Shown in pieces: positions 6,749-14,597 of a stretch of 25,878 nt of DNA. This DNA comes from a virus (Duplodnaviria; Caudoviricetes): positions 1 to 25,878 of the IMG/VR virus record IMGVR_UViG_3300020044_004882. One strand, written 5' to 3'. Made by a program: the position numbers and the translations under genes. Each line of letters begins with the position of its first letter. The first letter of the stretch is position 1. Under the pieces are notes generated by a model. That model did no database searches. It saw only the letters and a program-made list of their open reading frames with translations, and was not told the origin of the DNA.

Positions 6749-7621
6749 ATGTCACGCTACAACATCGACACCTGTTCATTACTCGTTGAGTTCAACGCTT
6801 CTCAATGGACAGCACGCAAGCTAGACAGATCAACCACCGATGAGGTCATCAGGGGTAAAAGCGCAGGGGACAAGGGCGCAGCCCGAGTTAACAAGAACCT
6901 GCTTGCAGGGCGCAAGGAGTTAGAGATCATCAACCAACACGTTGGTGCTGTGCGTACCTATGTGTATGACAACACGTTGCCATGGTCTGACACCGGCATC
7001 AGGCTCTTGCCCTCGACTAAGTTCATGGAGTTCAACCAAGTCATGCAGGACTACGAGGATGCGTTCTCTAAGCTAGTCGATGACTTCATTGACGTGTACC
7101 CCACGCTGATTACGGCGCAAGCCATGGCGTTGGGGGATATGTTTAAACGTGACGAGTACCCCTCGCCACACGAGCTCAAGCATAAGTTTAGTTTCCGTAT
7201 CAACTTCATGCCTGTGCCATCTGCGGGTGACTTTCGTGTTGATGTAGGTAACGATGCACAGAAGGAGTTACAAGACAAGCTATCTAAGTTGGCAGACGAG
7301 CGTATCGAACACGCTATGCGAGACATCAAGTCAAGACTCAAGGAACACCTCGACAGGATGTCAGACAGACTCACAGTAGACTACGTTGGCAACAGCGCAG
7401 TCACTCGCAAGTTCCATGACTCGTTGATGGACACAGCGCACGAGCTGTGTGAGATGGCGCGTGTTCTCAACATCACGCACGATCCTGACCTCGAAGCCGC
7501 CCGTAGTGCACTAGCTAAGACTATTAGCGGTGTTGATGTACAAGACCTACGCAAGGACATGGACGCTCGCAAAGAAGTTAAGGCAAGCGTTGATGCGATT
7601 CGTAGTGCATTTAGTTTCTAA
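6749..7621 (+). CDS. conserved phage protein, DUF3150-like
   Basis: AAGGA RBS; TLPW, YPSxxELxxKF-F...PVP and a helical C-terminus; sits after the AAA+/VWA pair. Family call from pattern recall. Confidence 0.6.
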   Translation: MSRYNIDTCSLLVEFNASQWTARKLDRSTTDEVIRGKSAGDKGAARVNKNLLAGRKELEIINQHVGAVRTYVYDNTLPWSDTGIRLLPSTKFMEFNQVMQDYEDAFSKLVDDFIDVYPTLITAQAMALGDMFKRDEYPSPHELKHKFSFRINFMPVPSAGDFRVDVGNDAQKELQDKLSKLADERIEHAMRDIKSRLKEHLDRMSDRLTVDYVGNSAVTRKFHDSLMDTAHELCEMARVLNITHDPDLEAARSALAKTISGVDVQDLRKDMDARKEVKASVDAIRSAFSF

Positions 7622-7654
7622 CCCACCCTACCACTCATTAAGGAACTATTTATC

Positions 7655-8074
7655 ATGGCTAACAACACACAACTTTCTATCTCTCTCAATCAAACCAACG
7701 CATTACCAAGCGTTGTAGAGAAAGCTATCTCTAAAGCAGAGGTCATGCTCAAGGCGGTCAACGCCAAGTACATCGTGGTGTTGCCCGATGGCTCTGTAAT
7801 ATCTCAGGGAGGGCTTGAACTTGCCCAACCCAAGCAAGCGATCAAGCGCAAGCGTCGAGATTCTTCCGTACCTTATGGCACTTACACAACCTTTCTTCAG
7901 GCTAGCGGGCTTGATCGTATGGAGAAGAGCGATGTTATTCAGGTTGATGTAGGAGGTCTGGAGCCAGAAGCTGTGCGAGGTGTGGCTTGCTCTCGCGCAG
8001 TAAAACTATGGGGAGCGGGTTCTGTTATCACCACAGTACGAGGTCGAGTGCTTGAAGTTCTGCGGGTGAGCTAA
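7655..8074 (+). CDS. hypothetical phage protein
   Basis: AAGGA RBS; 139-aa ORF in the + strand run. Confidence 0.75.
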   Translation: MANNTQLSISLNQTNALPSVVEKAISKAEVMLKAVNAKYIVVLPDGSVISQGGLELAQPKQAIKRKRRDSSVPYGTYTTFLQASGLDRMEKSDVIQVDVGGLEPEAVRGVACSRAVKLWGAGSVITTVRGRVLEVLRVS

Positions 8075-8136
8075 TCATGTTTACTCAACGTGGCGATGTG
8101 ATCGTACAACCTATCAAGAAACTTAAAGGATCAATC

Positions 8137-8316
8137 ATGAAATCAGACGACAAGTTTATCGAGCAACTCCGAGGCCCCCTTACATACGACATCATGGAGG
8201 AGTTAGGCAAACGCAATGAAGCACGAGTCAAGCAGATCATTAAAGAAATGGGCACCAAGTGGCTTGGGCATCCTGACAATGCGGTACATCATAAGAGGGA
8301 CGCAAAGAGTTCGTAA
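8137..8316 (+). CDS. small hypothetical protein
   Basis: AAAGGA RBS before ATG 8137 (alternative start 8077). Confidence 0.65.
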   Translation: MKSDDKFIEQLRGPLTYDIMEELGKRNEARVKQIIKEMGTKWLGHPDNAVHHKRDAKSS

Positions 8317-8320
8317 GGGT

Positions 8321-8343
8321 AGCGGGGGCTTCGTGCCCCTGCT
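8321..8343 (+). terminator. GC-rich hairpin, possible weak intrinsic terminator
   Basis: AGCGGGGGC-ttcgt-GCCCCTGCT (one G-U pair) right after the stop at 8316; poor U-tract. Confidence 0.45.
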
Positions 8344-8345
8344 TG

Positions 8346-8357
8346 GTCTCGGTCATC
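8346..8357 (+). repeat. dispersed 12-mer GTCTCGGTCATC copy
   Basis: Intergenic, starts 30 nt before ATG 8376. Confidence 0.85.
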
Positions 8358-8375
8358 ACTTTCTCTGGAGAAATA

Positions 8376-8675
8376 ATGATTTTATTTAAAACGCAACATC
8401 TTCGTGAGAAGCACGGCATCAGTTGGCATGAAGAAATAATTCTCGGCGCAGCCTACGCACTAGGAGGTACTTGGACAAACGACATCATCGACTCTGTGCG
8501 TAACGCCATGTCATCCAACACCGCTCACAAGTACGTTACACAACTAATTAACAAGGGGTATTTGCAACAGACTCGTGGCAAAAAAGATAAACGGTATGCT
8601 AACGTGGACGTAACTCAGAAAGCAGTAAATTACTTAGCCGACATACAGGAGGAAGCATGGACGAAAGAGCAGTAA
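8376..8675 (+). CDS. MarR-like winged-helix DNA-binding protein
   Basis: GGAG RBS; SSNTAHKYVTQLINKGYL recognition helix and DKR wing motif. Confidence 0.75.
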   Translation: MILFKTQHLREKHGISWHEEIILGAAYALGGTWTNDIIDSVRNAMSSNTAHKYVTQLINKGYLQQTRGKKDKRYANVDVTQKAVNYLADIQEEAWTKEQ

Positions 8676-8842
8676 TGGCGTTGATGCGTGAGAACGCAGC
8701 GCTAAGCATACTAGAAGCAGAAGTTATTGTGGCGCTTAAGTACTACGAGGTAGGTAGTGAGCAAGGGCTTCTTGGACAGATCCAAAAGATTCGTGAAACA
8801 TTATCCGCTATCGAAGCGGTAAGGGGTAGAGAAAATGCGTAA
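8657..8842 (+). CDS. hypothetical protein (61 aa)
   Basis: AGGAGG RBS; overlaps neighbours. Confidence 0.7.
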   Translation: MDERAVMALMRENAALSILEAEVIVALKYYEVGSEQGLLGQIQKIRETLSAIEAVRGRENA

Positions 8843-8987
8843 ATTTTTATTAGGTCTTAGCTTGTTTGCAGTAGCAGGCGTTGTGTACGCAAGTTGCGTG
8901 ACCAATACTGTTTTTAAACGTGATGGAACAATGACGGTATGCACAACGTGCTGCTATGGAACGAACTGCACCACCACTTGTATGTAA
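8835..8987 (+). CDS. secreted cysteine-rich mini-protein (50 aa)
   Basis: Manual translation MRKFLLGLSLFAVAGVVYA-SCVTNTVFKRDGTMTVCTTCCYGTNCTTTCM*; Sec signal peptide and six Cys. Not in the ORF track. Confidence 0.75.
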   Translation: MRKFLLGLSLFAVAGVVYASCVTNTVFKRDGTMTVCTTCCYGTNCTTTCM

Positions 8988-8991
8988 GCGT

Positions 8992-9213
8992 ATGAAAACC
9001 ATTATTCACGTCAACCAACATGAGGTTAAAGCGAATGCCAAAAACGGTACTGACAACCCTGTTTTGACCGTTAAGAACTACAAACAAAATCGCTACGCAC
9101 ACGAGATAGAGATCAAAGGGGACAGTAGGATTGTGTACTCCCCTGACAAACCTCTGTCTTGTGGTGCGAGGGTATGGATTGAAACCGAAGCTACAGTAAT
9201 CATAAGGAGATAA
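8992..9213 (+). CDS. conserved hypothetical phage protein
   Basis: MKTIIHVNQH...YSPDKPLSCGARVWIET; ATG 8992 follows the stop at 8987. Confidence 0.75.
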   Translation: MKTIIHVNQHEVKANAKNGTDNPVLTVKNYKQNRYAHEIEIKGDSRIVYSPDKPLSCGARVWIETEATVIIRR

Positions 9214-9215
9214 GC

Positions 9216-9425
9216 ATGAAAAATGTAGAAACGTTACTACAAATACTAGACGAGGGTGCGTTCATCACCTCCGAAGAGATGGCGGAGCTTGCCAAAGAAG
9301 TCCGAGCTTTACAGCAGGACGCCGAGCGTTATCGCTGGCTCAACAAGTACACAGCTCACTTGTTTATGTGTACCGAGAAAGGCTTGGACGAGCAGATGAA
9401 TCGTGCGATGGGGAGGGGGGAATGA
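9216..9425 (+). CDS. hypothetical phage protein (DAERYRWL motif)
   Basis: AAGGAG RBS; the DAERYRWL motif is common in proteobacterial phage accessory genes. Confidence 0.75.
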   Translation: MKNVETLLQILDEGAFITSEEMAELAKEVRALQQDAERYRWLNKYTAHLFMCTEKGLDEQMNRAMGRGE

Positions 9426-9853
9426 ACATCAAAGAAATAGCTAAACAGGCGGGGTTCAACGATTTTCCTGACGATAAAAATGGAGTCTGGATAACAGACG
9501 GATATTGGGACGAACAACTTGAACACTTTGCCGAGTTAGTGCGCCAAGATGAACGTGAGGCGTGTGCAGAAATTGCTAGGTTTGCAAGGATGCACTCGAT
9601 AGCCGATGCAATTATGAAAAGAGGCAGGAATATGTCTACAAAACCCGAAAAAATCGACACATCCGAAGAACGTGTACACGAAACGGACAAATCTGTACAT
9701 GATGACGATGACATCCAAGAATACAAAAGACCTTGGATTGGGCTGACGGATGCAGAAGTGCATGAAGCGGCAATTAAATGCGTGACGTCTGGTCAATCAG
9801 TTAACGCCGCTATTCGTGCCATCGAAGCCAAGCTACGGGAGCGAAACACATGA
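9422..9853 (+). CDS. mosaic hypothetical phage protein
   Basis: GGGAGG RBS and ATGA overlap; contains EREACA, IDTSEERVH and PWIGLT...IEAKLRERN blocks. Confidence 0.7.
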   Translation: MNIKEIAKQAGFNDFPDDKNGVWITDGYWDEQLEHFAELVRQDEREACAEIARFARMHSIADAIMKRGRNMSTKPEKIDTSEERVHETDKSVHDDDDIQEYKRPWIGLTDAEVHEAAIKCVTSGQSVNAAIRAIEAKLRERNT

Positions 9854-10032
9854 TCCCGCCACTAACTGACGCAGACCCAGAGTGGTGTACCGATATGAGC
9901 GCAGCACCGCATGGACGTAAGCTGATTGCATTGAACCCATCAGGCGTTGCTGTCTTTGCTGTGCTGTCTGCAAGAAACTTAAAAGATTTCCATGCGTGGT
10001 ACCCGTTACCTAAACTGAAGGACAAAATATGA
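9850..10032 (+). CDS. hypothetical phage protein (APHGRKL...AWYPLP)
   Basis: GGGAG RBS; ATGA overlaps at both ends. Confidence 0.7.
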   Translation: MIPPLTDADPEWCTDMSAAPHGRKLIALNPSGVAVFAVLSARNLKDFHAWYPLPKLKDKI

Positions 10033-10193
10033 ACGCACGAAAACTACAATGTATGACAACGGCAGAATGGTTAAGAGGATATGCTTCAACTCTTGACCAA
10101 GACCTACATTCATCGTTGATACATAAAATGAATCAAGCAGCAGAATTGTTAACAGAGGTTTGGGAGGAGTACTTAAAGGAGTCAGAGAAATGA
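10029..10193 (+). CDS. small hypothetical protein (54 aa)
   Basis: AAGGA RBS; ATGA overlaps at both ends; MNARKLQCMTTAEWLRGYA...WEEYLKESEK*. Not in the ORF track. Confidence 0.7.
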   Translation: MNARKLQCMTTAEWLRGYASTLDQDLHSSLIHKMNQAAELLTEVWEEYLKESEK

Positions 10194-10657
10194 TTAGCCC
10201 TAAACAACAAGCAATCATCAACATACTACAAACCAGAGTTAGCATGACCGCCGCAGAGATTGCATTCGGGGTAGGGTCAGAAGTCAAGGCCACATCTAAA
10301 CACCTGCGTCTGTTAGAGGAGATGGGGCACATATATGTATGTGAATGGCGCAAGGGTAAATATGGCGTACCAACCAAGGCGTATAAGCTTGGTGAGGGCG
10401 AGTCTGTTGAGCTTGTGAGTAGCCGTAAGAAGAAAGAGAAAACTGAGAAGCCAAAGAAAGAGTCAGTAGAAAATGTTGACGCTTATCTAACAAAGAATGG
10501 CGCTCACATCGTATCGCAAGACTACCGACTGAGTCACGCCGAGCACATCAGGTATATGAATAACTTTCAATCACACCCAGACCCTGCATCAGCATGGCTG
10601 TTTCACGAACCGAAGGTAGAACTACTAGGAGCTAAGTATGATCTATTACAAACATGA
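10190..10657 (+). CDS. winged-helix DNA-binding protein
   Basis: AAGGAG RBS; MTAAEIA...TSKHLRLLEEMGHI HTH followed by a beta-wing. Confidence 0.7.
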   Translation: MISPKQQAIINILQTRVSMTAAEIAFGVGSEVKATSKHLRLLEEMGHIYVCEWRKGKYGVPTKAYKLGEGESVELVSSRKKKEKTEKPKKESVENVDAYLTKNGAHIVSQDYRLSHAEHIRYMNNFQSHPDPASAWLFHEPKVELLGAKYDLLQT

Positions 10658-10817
10658 AGGACACCCGCCCCGCCAAGGACTAAACATTTACTCAAGCACC
10701 GATCCGTATAGTGCAGGGTTTGTGATTCGTATTTGGTACGGCGTGTTTAGTGTTAGGTACAGCAAGATTGTCAAGCGGTGGCGTATAACAACGTATTGGT
10801 TAGGGAGACGGGAATGA
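10638..10817 (+). CDS. small hypothetical protein (59 aa)
   Basis: AGGAG RBS; MIYYKHEGHPPRQGLNIY...WLGRRE*; ATGA overlap with the next gene. Not in the ORF track. Confidence 0.65.
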   Translation: MIYYKHEGHPPRQGLNIYSSTDPYSAGFVIRIWYGVFSVRYSKIVKRWRITTYWLGRRE

Positions 10818-11023
10818 CTGAAGACGAAGCATTCAATGAGCTAGAGGCGAGACTCAAGCAACAGGCGTTAGCCAAAGAAGCGGACAACTTAACCCGTGCT
10901 AACATCGCAGCCGCTGAGTTCATTGCTTCACAAACGGCAGACTTACTTGCCATTACTACACTACGCAAAGCTTTCGAGTACGGATACCGTACCGGATGGC
11001 GTGACGCTAAGGAAAACAAATGA
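10814..11023 (+). CDS. hypothetical phage protein (MTEDEAFNELE...)
   Basis: GGGAG RBS and ATGA overlap favour ATG 10814. Confidence 0.7.
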   Translation: MTEDEAFNELEARLKQQALAKEADNLTRANIAAAEFIASQTADLLAITTLRKAFEYGYRTGWRDAKENK

Positions 11024-11340
11024 ACGAACCGAAAACATTGGCAGATGTATACAACCAGAACCACGACATGGAAGCGCTAGAAGAAAGACGCCTGTCTATT
11101 GAACACGAGGTAAAGACCGCCAACGCTAAACAGGTAGGTGGTGTTCACTACAAGAAGATGGGGATTGAGCCTTGGGATGTGATTGACACTTGGCCTGTTG
11201 AGCAACGTATCGGTGCGTATCGTGCGGGCGCTCTCAAGTACATCATGCGCATGGGCAGCAAGGACGAAGAGGTGCAGGAGATTGGTAAAGGCATACACTA
11301 CCTTGAGAAGTTGACAGAAGTCCTAAAGGGGCAGCGATGA
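11020..11340 (+). CDS. DUF3310 protein (T7 gp1.7-like putative nucleotide kinase)
   Basis: QVGGxHY, IEPWDVI, ALKYIMR..K, KGIHYLE. Confidence 0.85.
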   Translation: MNEPKTLADVYNQNHDMEALEERRLSIEHEVKTANAKQVGGVHYKKMGIEPWDVIDTWPVEQRIGAYRAGALKYIMRMGSKDEEVQEIGKGIHYLEKLTEVLKGQR

Positions 11341-11549
11341 AAGACGAAGACTTAACAGACCTGTTTGCGGGGTTAGCTATGATGGGTATGTTGGCGGCGG
11401 GTAAAAGGAACGTGGAGCGAGAAGCGTACAGAGTAGCGGACGCAATGCTCGAAGCCAAGTACAAGGAGTCAGAGAGTGATGCACCCGAAGAAGTCGGTAT
11501 CGCAGCCGTTGTTAAACGTACTAGGAAAAAACATGGCGAGAACAGCTGA
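11337..11549 (+). CDS. conserved hypothetical phage protein
   Basis: DLFAGLAM...AYRVADAML motif; ATGA overlap. Confidence 0.75.
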   Translation: MKDEDLTDLFAGLAMMGMLAAGKRNVEREAYRVADAMLEAKYKESESDAPEEVGIAAVVKRTRKKHGENS

Positions 11550-11847
11550 AGGTAAAGTCAAGGACGTAGTCACTAAAATACTTAAAGAGCGGGGTGCCTA
11601 CTACTTCTTTCCCGTAACAGGGGGGTTCGGGCGCAGCGGTGTACCAGACATCGTCGCTTGCTATAAAGGATGGTTCATAGGCATAGAGTGTAAGGCGGGC
11701 AACAACAAAATCACGGCTCTTCAAGAAAGAGAATTACAAAAAATAGACAAGGCAGAAGGTATTACCAAAGTTGTTAACGAGAACAATGCGCCGCGTGTGG
11801 TCGACATACTAGAAGCAATTGACAATCTTAGCTTTATAAAGGGGTAA
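11533..11847 (+). CDS. VRR-NUC domain nuclease (putative Holliday junction resolvase)
   Basis: AGGA RBS; E..V, GVPD, IECK, LQ motifs. Confidence 0.88.
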   Translation: MARTAEGKVKDVVTKILKERGAYYFFPVTGGFGRSGVPDIVACYKGWFIGIECKAGNNKITALQERELQKIDKAEGITKVVNENNAPRVVDILEAIDNLSFIKG

Positions 11848-11849
11848 TC

Positions 11850-12083
11850 ATGGTAAGCAAAGAAGAAGCGTATGATCTCATGAGCGCCGCGCTGCACTCG
11901 TGTACCGAAGAAGGCACCGATCGAGTGGCCGTAGTGATTATGATGGACAACGATAAAGGCACCGTCAGGGTGTATGGACTAAACATAGACTCTGATGAAG
12001 TACCTCAGTTGCTAGTCGAGGTAGCCGAGGAAGTTTATGATCGCGCTGTACAACAAACTATCAATAAAAAACTAAATTCGTAA
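11850..12083 (+). CDS. hypothetical phage protein
   Basis: AAGGGG RBS; packed between VRR-NUC and the polymerase. Confidence 0.75.
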   Translation: MVSKEEAYDLMSAALHSCTEEGTDRVAVVIMMDNDKGTVRVYGLNIDSDEVPQLLVEVAEEVYDRAVQQTINKKLNS

Positions 12084-12110
12084 CCCACCTGAAGCACTAG
12101 CCAAGGAATA

Positions 12111-14060
12111 ATGATGCACAGTATCTTAGTGGTTGACTTCGAGACAAGATGGGACAGCAAAGAGTACACGCTGTCCAAGATGACAACCGAGGAGTATGTA
12201 CGCAGCCCACGTTTCAAAGCGTTCGGCATAGGCGTGAAGTTCAGAGGCGAAGAAGGCAGCATGTGGATCCCCCACGCCAAGATACCCAAGTTCTTGGCGC
12301 GCATTGACTGGTCGCAGACCGCGTTGCTTGCGCATAATGCCCAGTTCGATGTTGCCATCCTGTCATGGGTGTACGGCATCAAGCCCGCGTTTATTTACGA
12401 CTCGCTAAGCATGGCGCGAGCACTGCGTGGGGTAGAGGTTGGTAACAGCTTGGCAAAGCTTGCACAGGAGTTCGGGTTACCGGACAAAGGGCGGGCGGTG
12501 CACAACACCAACGGCCTCGATGAGTTGACTCCAGAGATAGAGCAGGAGCTTGCAGACTACTGTCTGCATGACGTGTTCCTGTGTGAGGAGGTGTTTGATA
12601 GGTTAGTGGTGAACTACCCTGAAACGGAACTAAAACTTATAGACATGACACTACGGATGTTCACAGAACCCGTGCTTGAGTTAGACAAGGAGATGTTAAG
12701 TGAAGCTATCACCGATGAACGTGAGAAGAGAGAAAGCCTACTTGCGCAGCTTGCCATTGAAGAGGCGTCGCTTGCTAGCAACCCACAGTTTGCTGAAGTA
12801 CTTGTTTCACTCGGAGTTGAGCCACCAAAGAAGGTCAGTAAAACGACAGGTAAAGAAGCTTTTGCGTTCGCAAAAAACGACGCTCTGTTTCAGGCCTTAC
12901 TCAACGGCAGCAATGAGAACGTGGCGCTTGTGTGCGAGGCACGTCTTAAAGTCAAGAGTACCCTTGAGCGTACGAGAGCGCAGCGGTTTCTTGATATTGC
13001 AGGACGAGGCACGTTACCTGTCCCGCTTAACTACTACGGCGCACACACAGGGCGATGGTCAGCGTCTAAAGGCTCGTCGCTCAACCTCCAGAATCTCAAG
13101 AGGGGGTCGTTCTTACGTAAATCAATTTGCGCACCGGAAGGGTACACGCTCGTCGTTGCTGATCTTTCCCAGATTGAGCCGCGTGTCCTTGCATACCTCG
13201 CCGACTACAAAGAACTACTAAACATCTTCGCCTCTGGGCAGGACGCATACGCAGCCTTCGGCGCACAAATGTTCGGTATACCTAATCTCACCAAAGAGAG
13301 CCACCCCGATCTACGGCAAAGCGCGAAGTCTGCACTACTGGGATGCGGATACGGGATGGGTTGGGCGTCCTTCGCCGCGCAGTTACTTACAGGGTTCCTA
13401 GGCGCACCTCCAACAAGATACGACAAGAAGTTTGCAAAGGTGCTCGGGGTAACAGCGCATGATGTCAACGACTTTATAAACTACGAGCGCAACCTTGAGC
13501 TCATGGCTGAGATACCGCACACCTGTACGCAAAGCGAGCTGCTGGTGCACTGCATTTGCGCTAAGAAGATCATTGACAAATACCGCAGTGCAGCAGAGCC
13601 GGTTCAGTCCTTGTGGACGCTGTGCAACGAGTTGATAGGATATAGTCTTAGTCAGGGTAAACCCTATACTTATAAGTGTGTAACTTTTGACAAAGAGAGT
13701 ATACTGTTACCAAGCGGGTTGTCTCTGCGATACCCCGCCATACGCTCTAAAGTCGAGAATAACAAGGCTCAATGGGTGTACGGTGAGCATGGTAAGAAGC
13801 TCTACGGCGGTAAGCTTGTCGAAAACATCGTGCAAGCGGTGGCTAGGTGCGTCATGACGGATGGCATGTTGCGCATTCAAGAGCGATATAAGTGTGTTCT
13901 TACGGTACATGATGAGGCAGTTGTGCTTGTGCCGGAGGATGAAGTAGAGGCAGCGGAGCCTTGGGTTCTCGCTCAAATGACAGCCGACCCTTGGTATATG
14001 CCGGGTATCCCACTCGACGCCGAGACAGGTAGTGCAGTACGTTACGGAGAAGCTAAATGA
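12111..14060 (+). CDS. polA: family A DNA polymerase with 3'-5' exonuclease domain (phage type)
   Basis: Exo I DFET, Exo II HNAQFD, Exo III YCLHD; HTGRWS/NLQN; motif A DLSQIEPR, motif B RQSAKSALLGCGYG, motif C VHDE. Confidence 0.95.
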   Translation: MMHSILVVDFETRWDSKEYTLSKMTTEEYVRSPRFKAFGIGVKFRGEEGSMWIPHAKIPKFLARIDWSQTALLAHNAQFDVAILSWVYGIKPAFIYDSLSMARALRGVEVGNSLAKLAQEFGLPDKGRAVHNTNGLDELTPEIEQELADYCLHDVFLCEEVFDRLVVNYPETELKLIDMTLRMFTEPVLELDKEMLSEAITDEREKRESLLAQLAIEEASLASNPQFAEVLVSLGVEPPKKVSKTTGKEAFAFAKNDALFQALLNGSNENVALVCEARLKVKSTLERTRAQRFLDIAGRGTLPVPLNYYGAHTGRWSASKGSSLNLQNLKRGSFLRKSICAPEGYTLVVADLSQIEPRVLAYLADYKELLNIFASGQDAYAAFGAQMFGIPNLTKESHPDLRQSAKSALLGCGYGMGWASFAAQLLTGFLGAPPTRYDKKFAKVLGVTAHDVNDFINYERNLELMAEIPHTCTQSELLVHCICAKKIIDKYRSAAEPVQSLWTLCNELIGYSLSQGKPYTYKCVTFDKESILLPSGLSLRYPAIRSKVENNKAQWVYGEHGKKLYGGKLVENIVQAVARCVMTDGMLRIQERYKCVLTVHDEAVVLVPEDEVEAAEPWVLAQMTADPWYMPGIPLDAETGSAVRYGEAK

Positions 14061-14389
14061 GGCAAGCCAACAAGCCTAGACCGCCGCACCCAATACCCTC
14101 AGAGGTTAAAGTCGGCAAGCGCAAGTACAAGGTTGAGCGCGTTGAGGTTATCGCAGGGTGTAAAGGAGACGTTACATATGAGACAAATACTATCCGTATA
14201 GCCTCGCGTAGTTCGTACTACACCTACACAAACGATGAGCAGTACAACACGTTCTGGCACGAGCTGACCCACGCCATACTTCACGACATGAATAGCCACC
14301 TTGAGTCCAACGAGAGGTTCGTCAAAGCTTTCGCAGATAGGTTAACAAATGCAATCACAACCGCAAAATTCGACACCCCTAAAGCCTGA
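14057..14389 (+). CDS. small HEXXH zinc metallopeptidase-like phage protein
   Basis: TFWHELTHAIL plus downstream NERFV; ATGA overlap with the polymerase gene. Confidence 0.75.
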   Translation: MRQANKPRPPHPIPSEVKVGKRKYKVERVEVIAGCKGDVTYETNTIRIASRSSYYTYTNDEQYNTFWHELTHAILHDMNSHLESNERFVKAFADRLTNAITTAKFDTPKA

Positions 14390-14597
14390 GATACAAGCAG
14401 TCCTAGATATTGCCGAGATTCAAGGCGTACCAGTAACGTATGAGCACGGTTTGTTTATGATTAAGAAGATTAAGTTAGCGGGGGCAATACGCTCCCCCCG
14501 CCGCATGGGGACAAACTCTCTGGGCACTCAGAACATGGAAACTATCCTGCGTTGGATTGAAGACTATAAAAAATGGAATCCCGATGAAAGCAATTAA
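14349..14597 (+). CDS. hypothetical protein
   Basis: Fills the gap and overlaps both neighbours; AGGT upstream. Confidence 0.55.
   Translation: MQSQPQNSTPLKPEIQAVLDIAEIQGVPVTYEHGLFMIKKIKLAGAIRSPRRMGTNSLGTQNMETILRWIEDYKKWNPDESN

Noticed and set aside
12111-14060. DpoZ/modified-base polymerase, or intron/intein interruption
   Set aside because: No purZ, datZ or other base-modification genes in the window; the ORF is continuous with all motifs and no intein-like ends.
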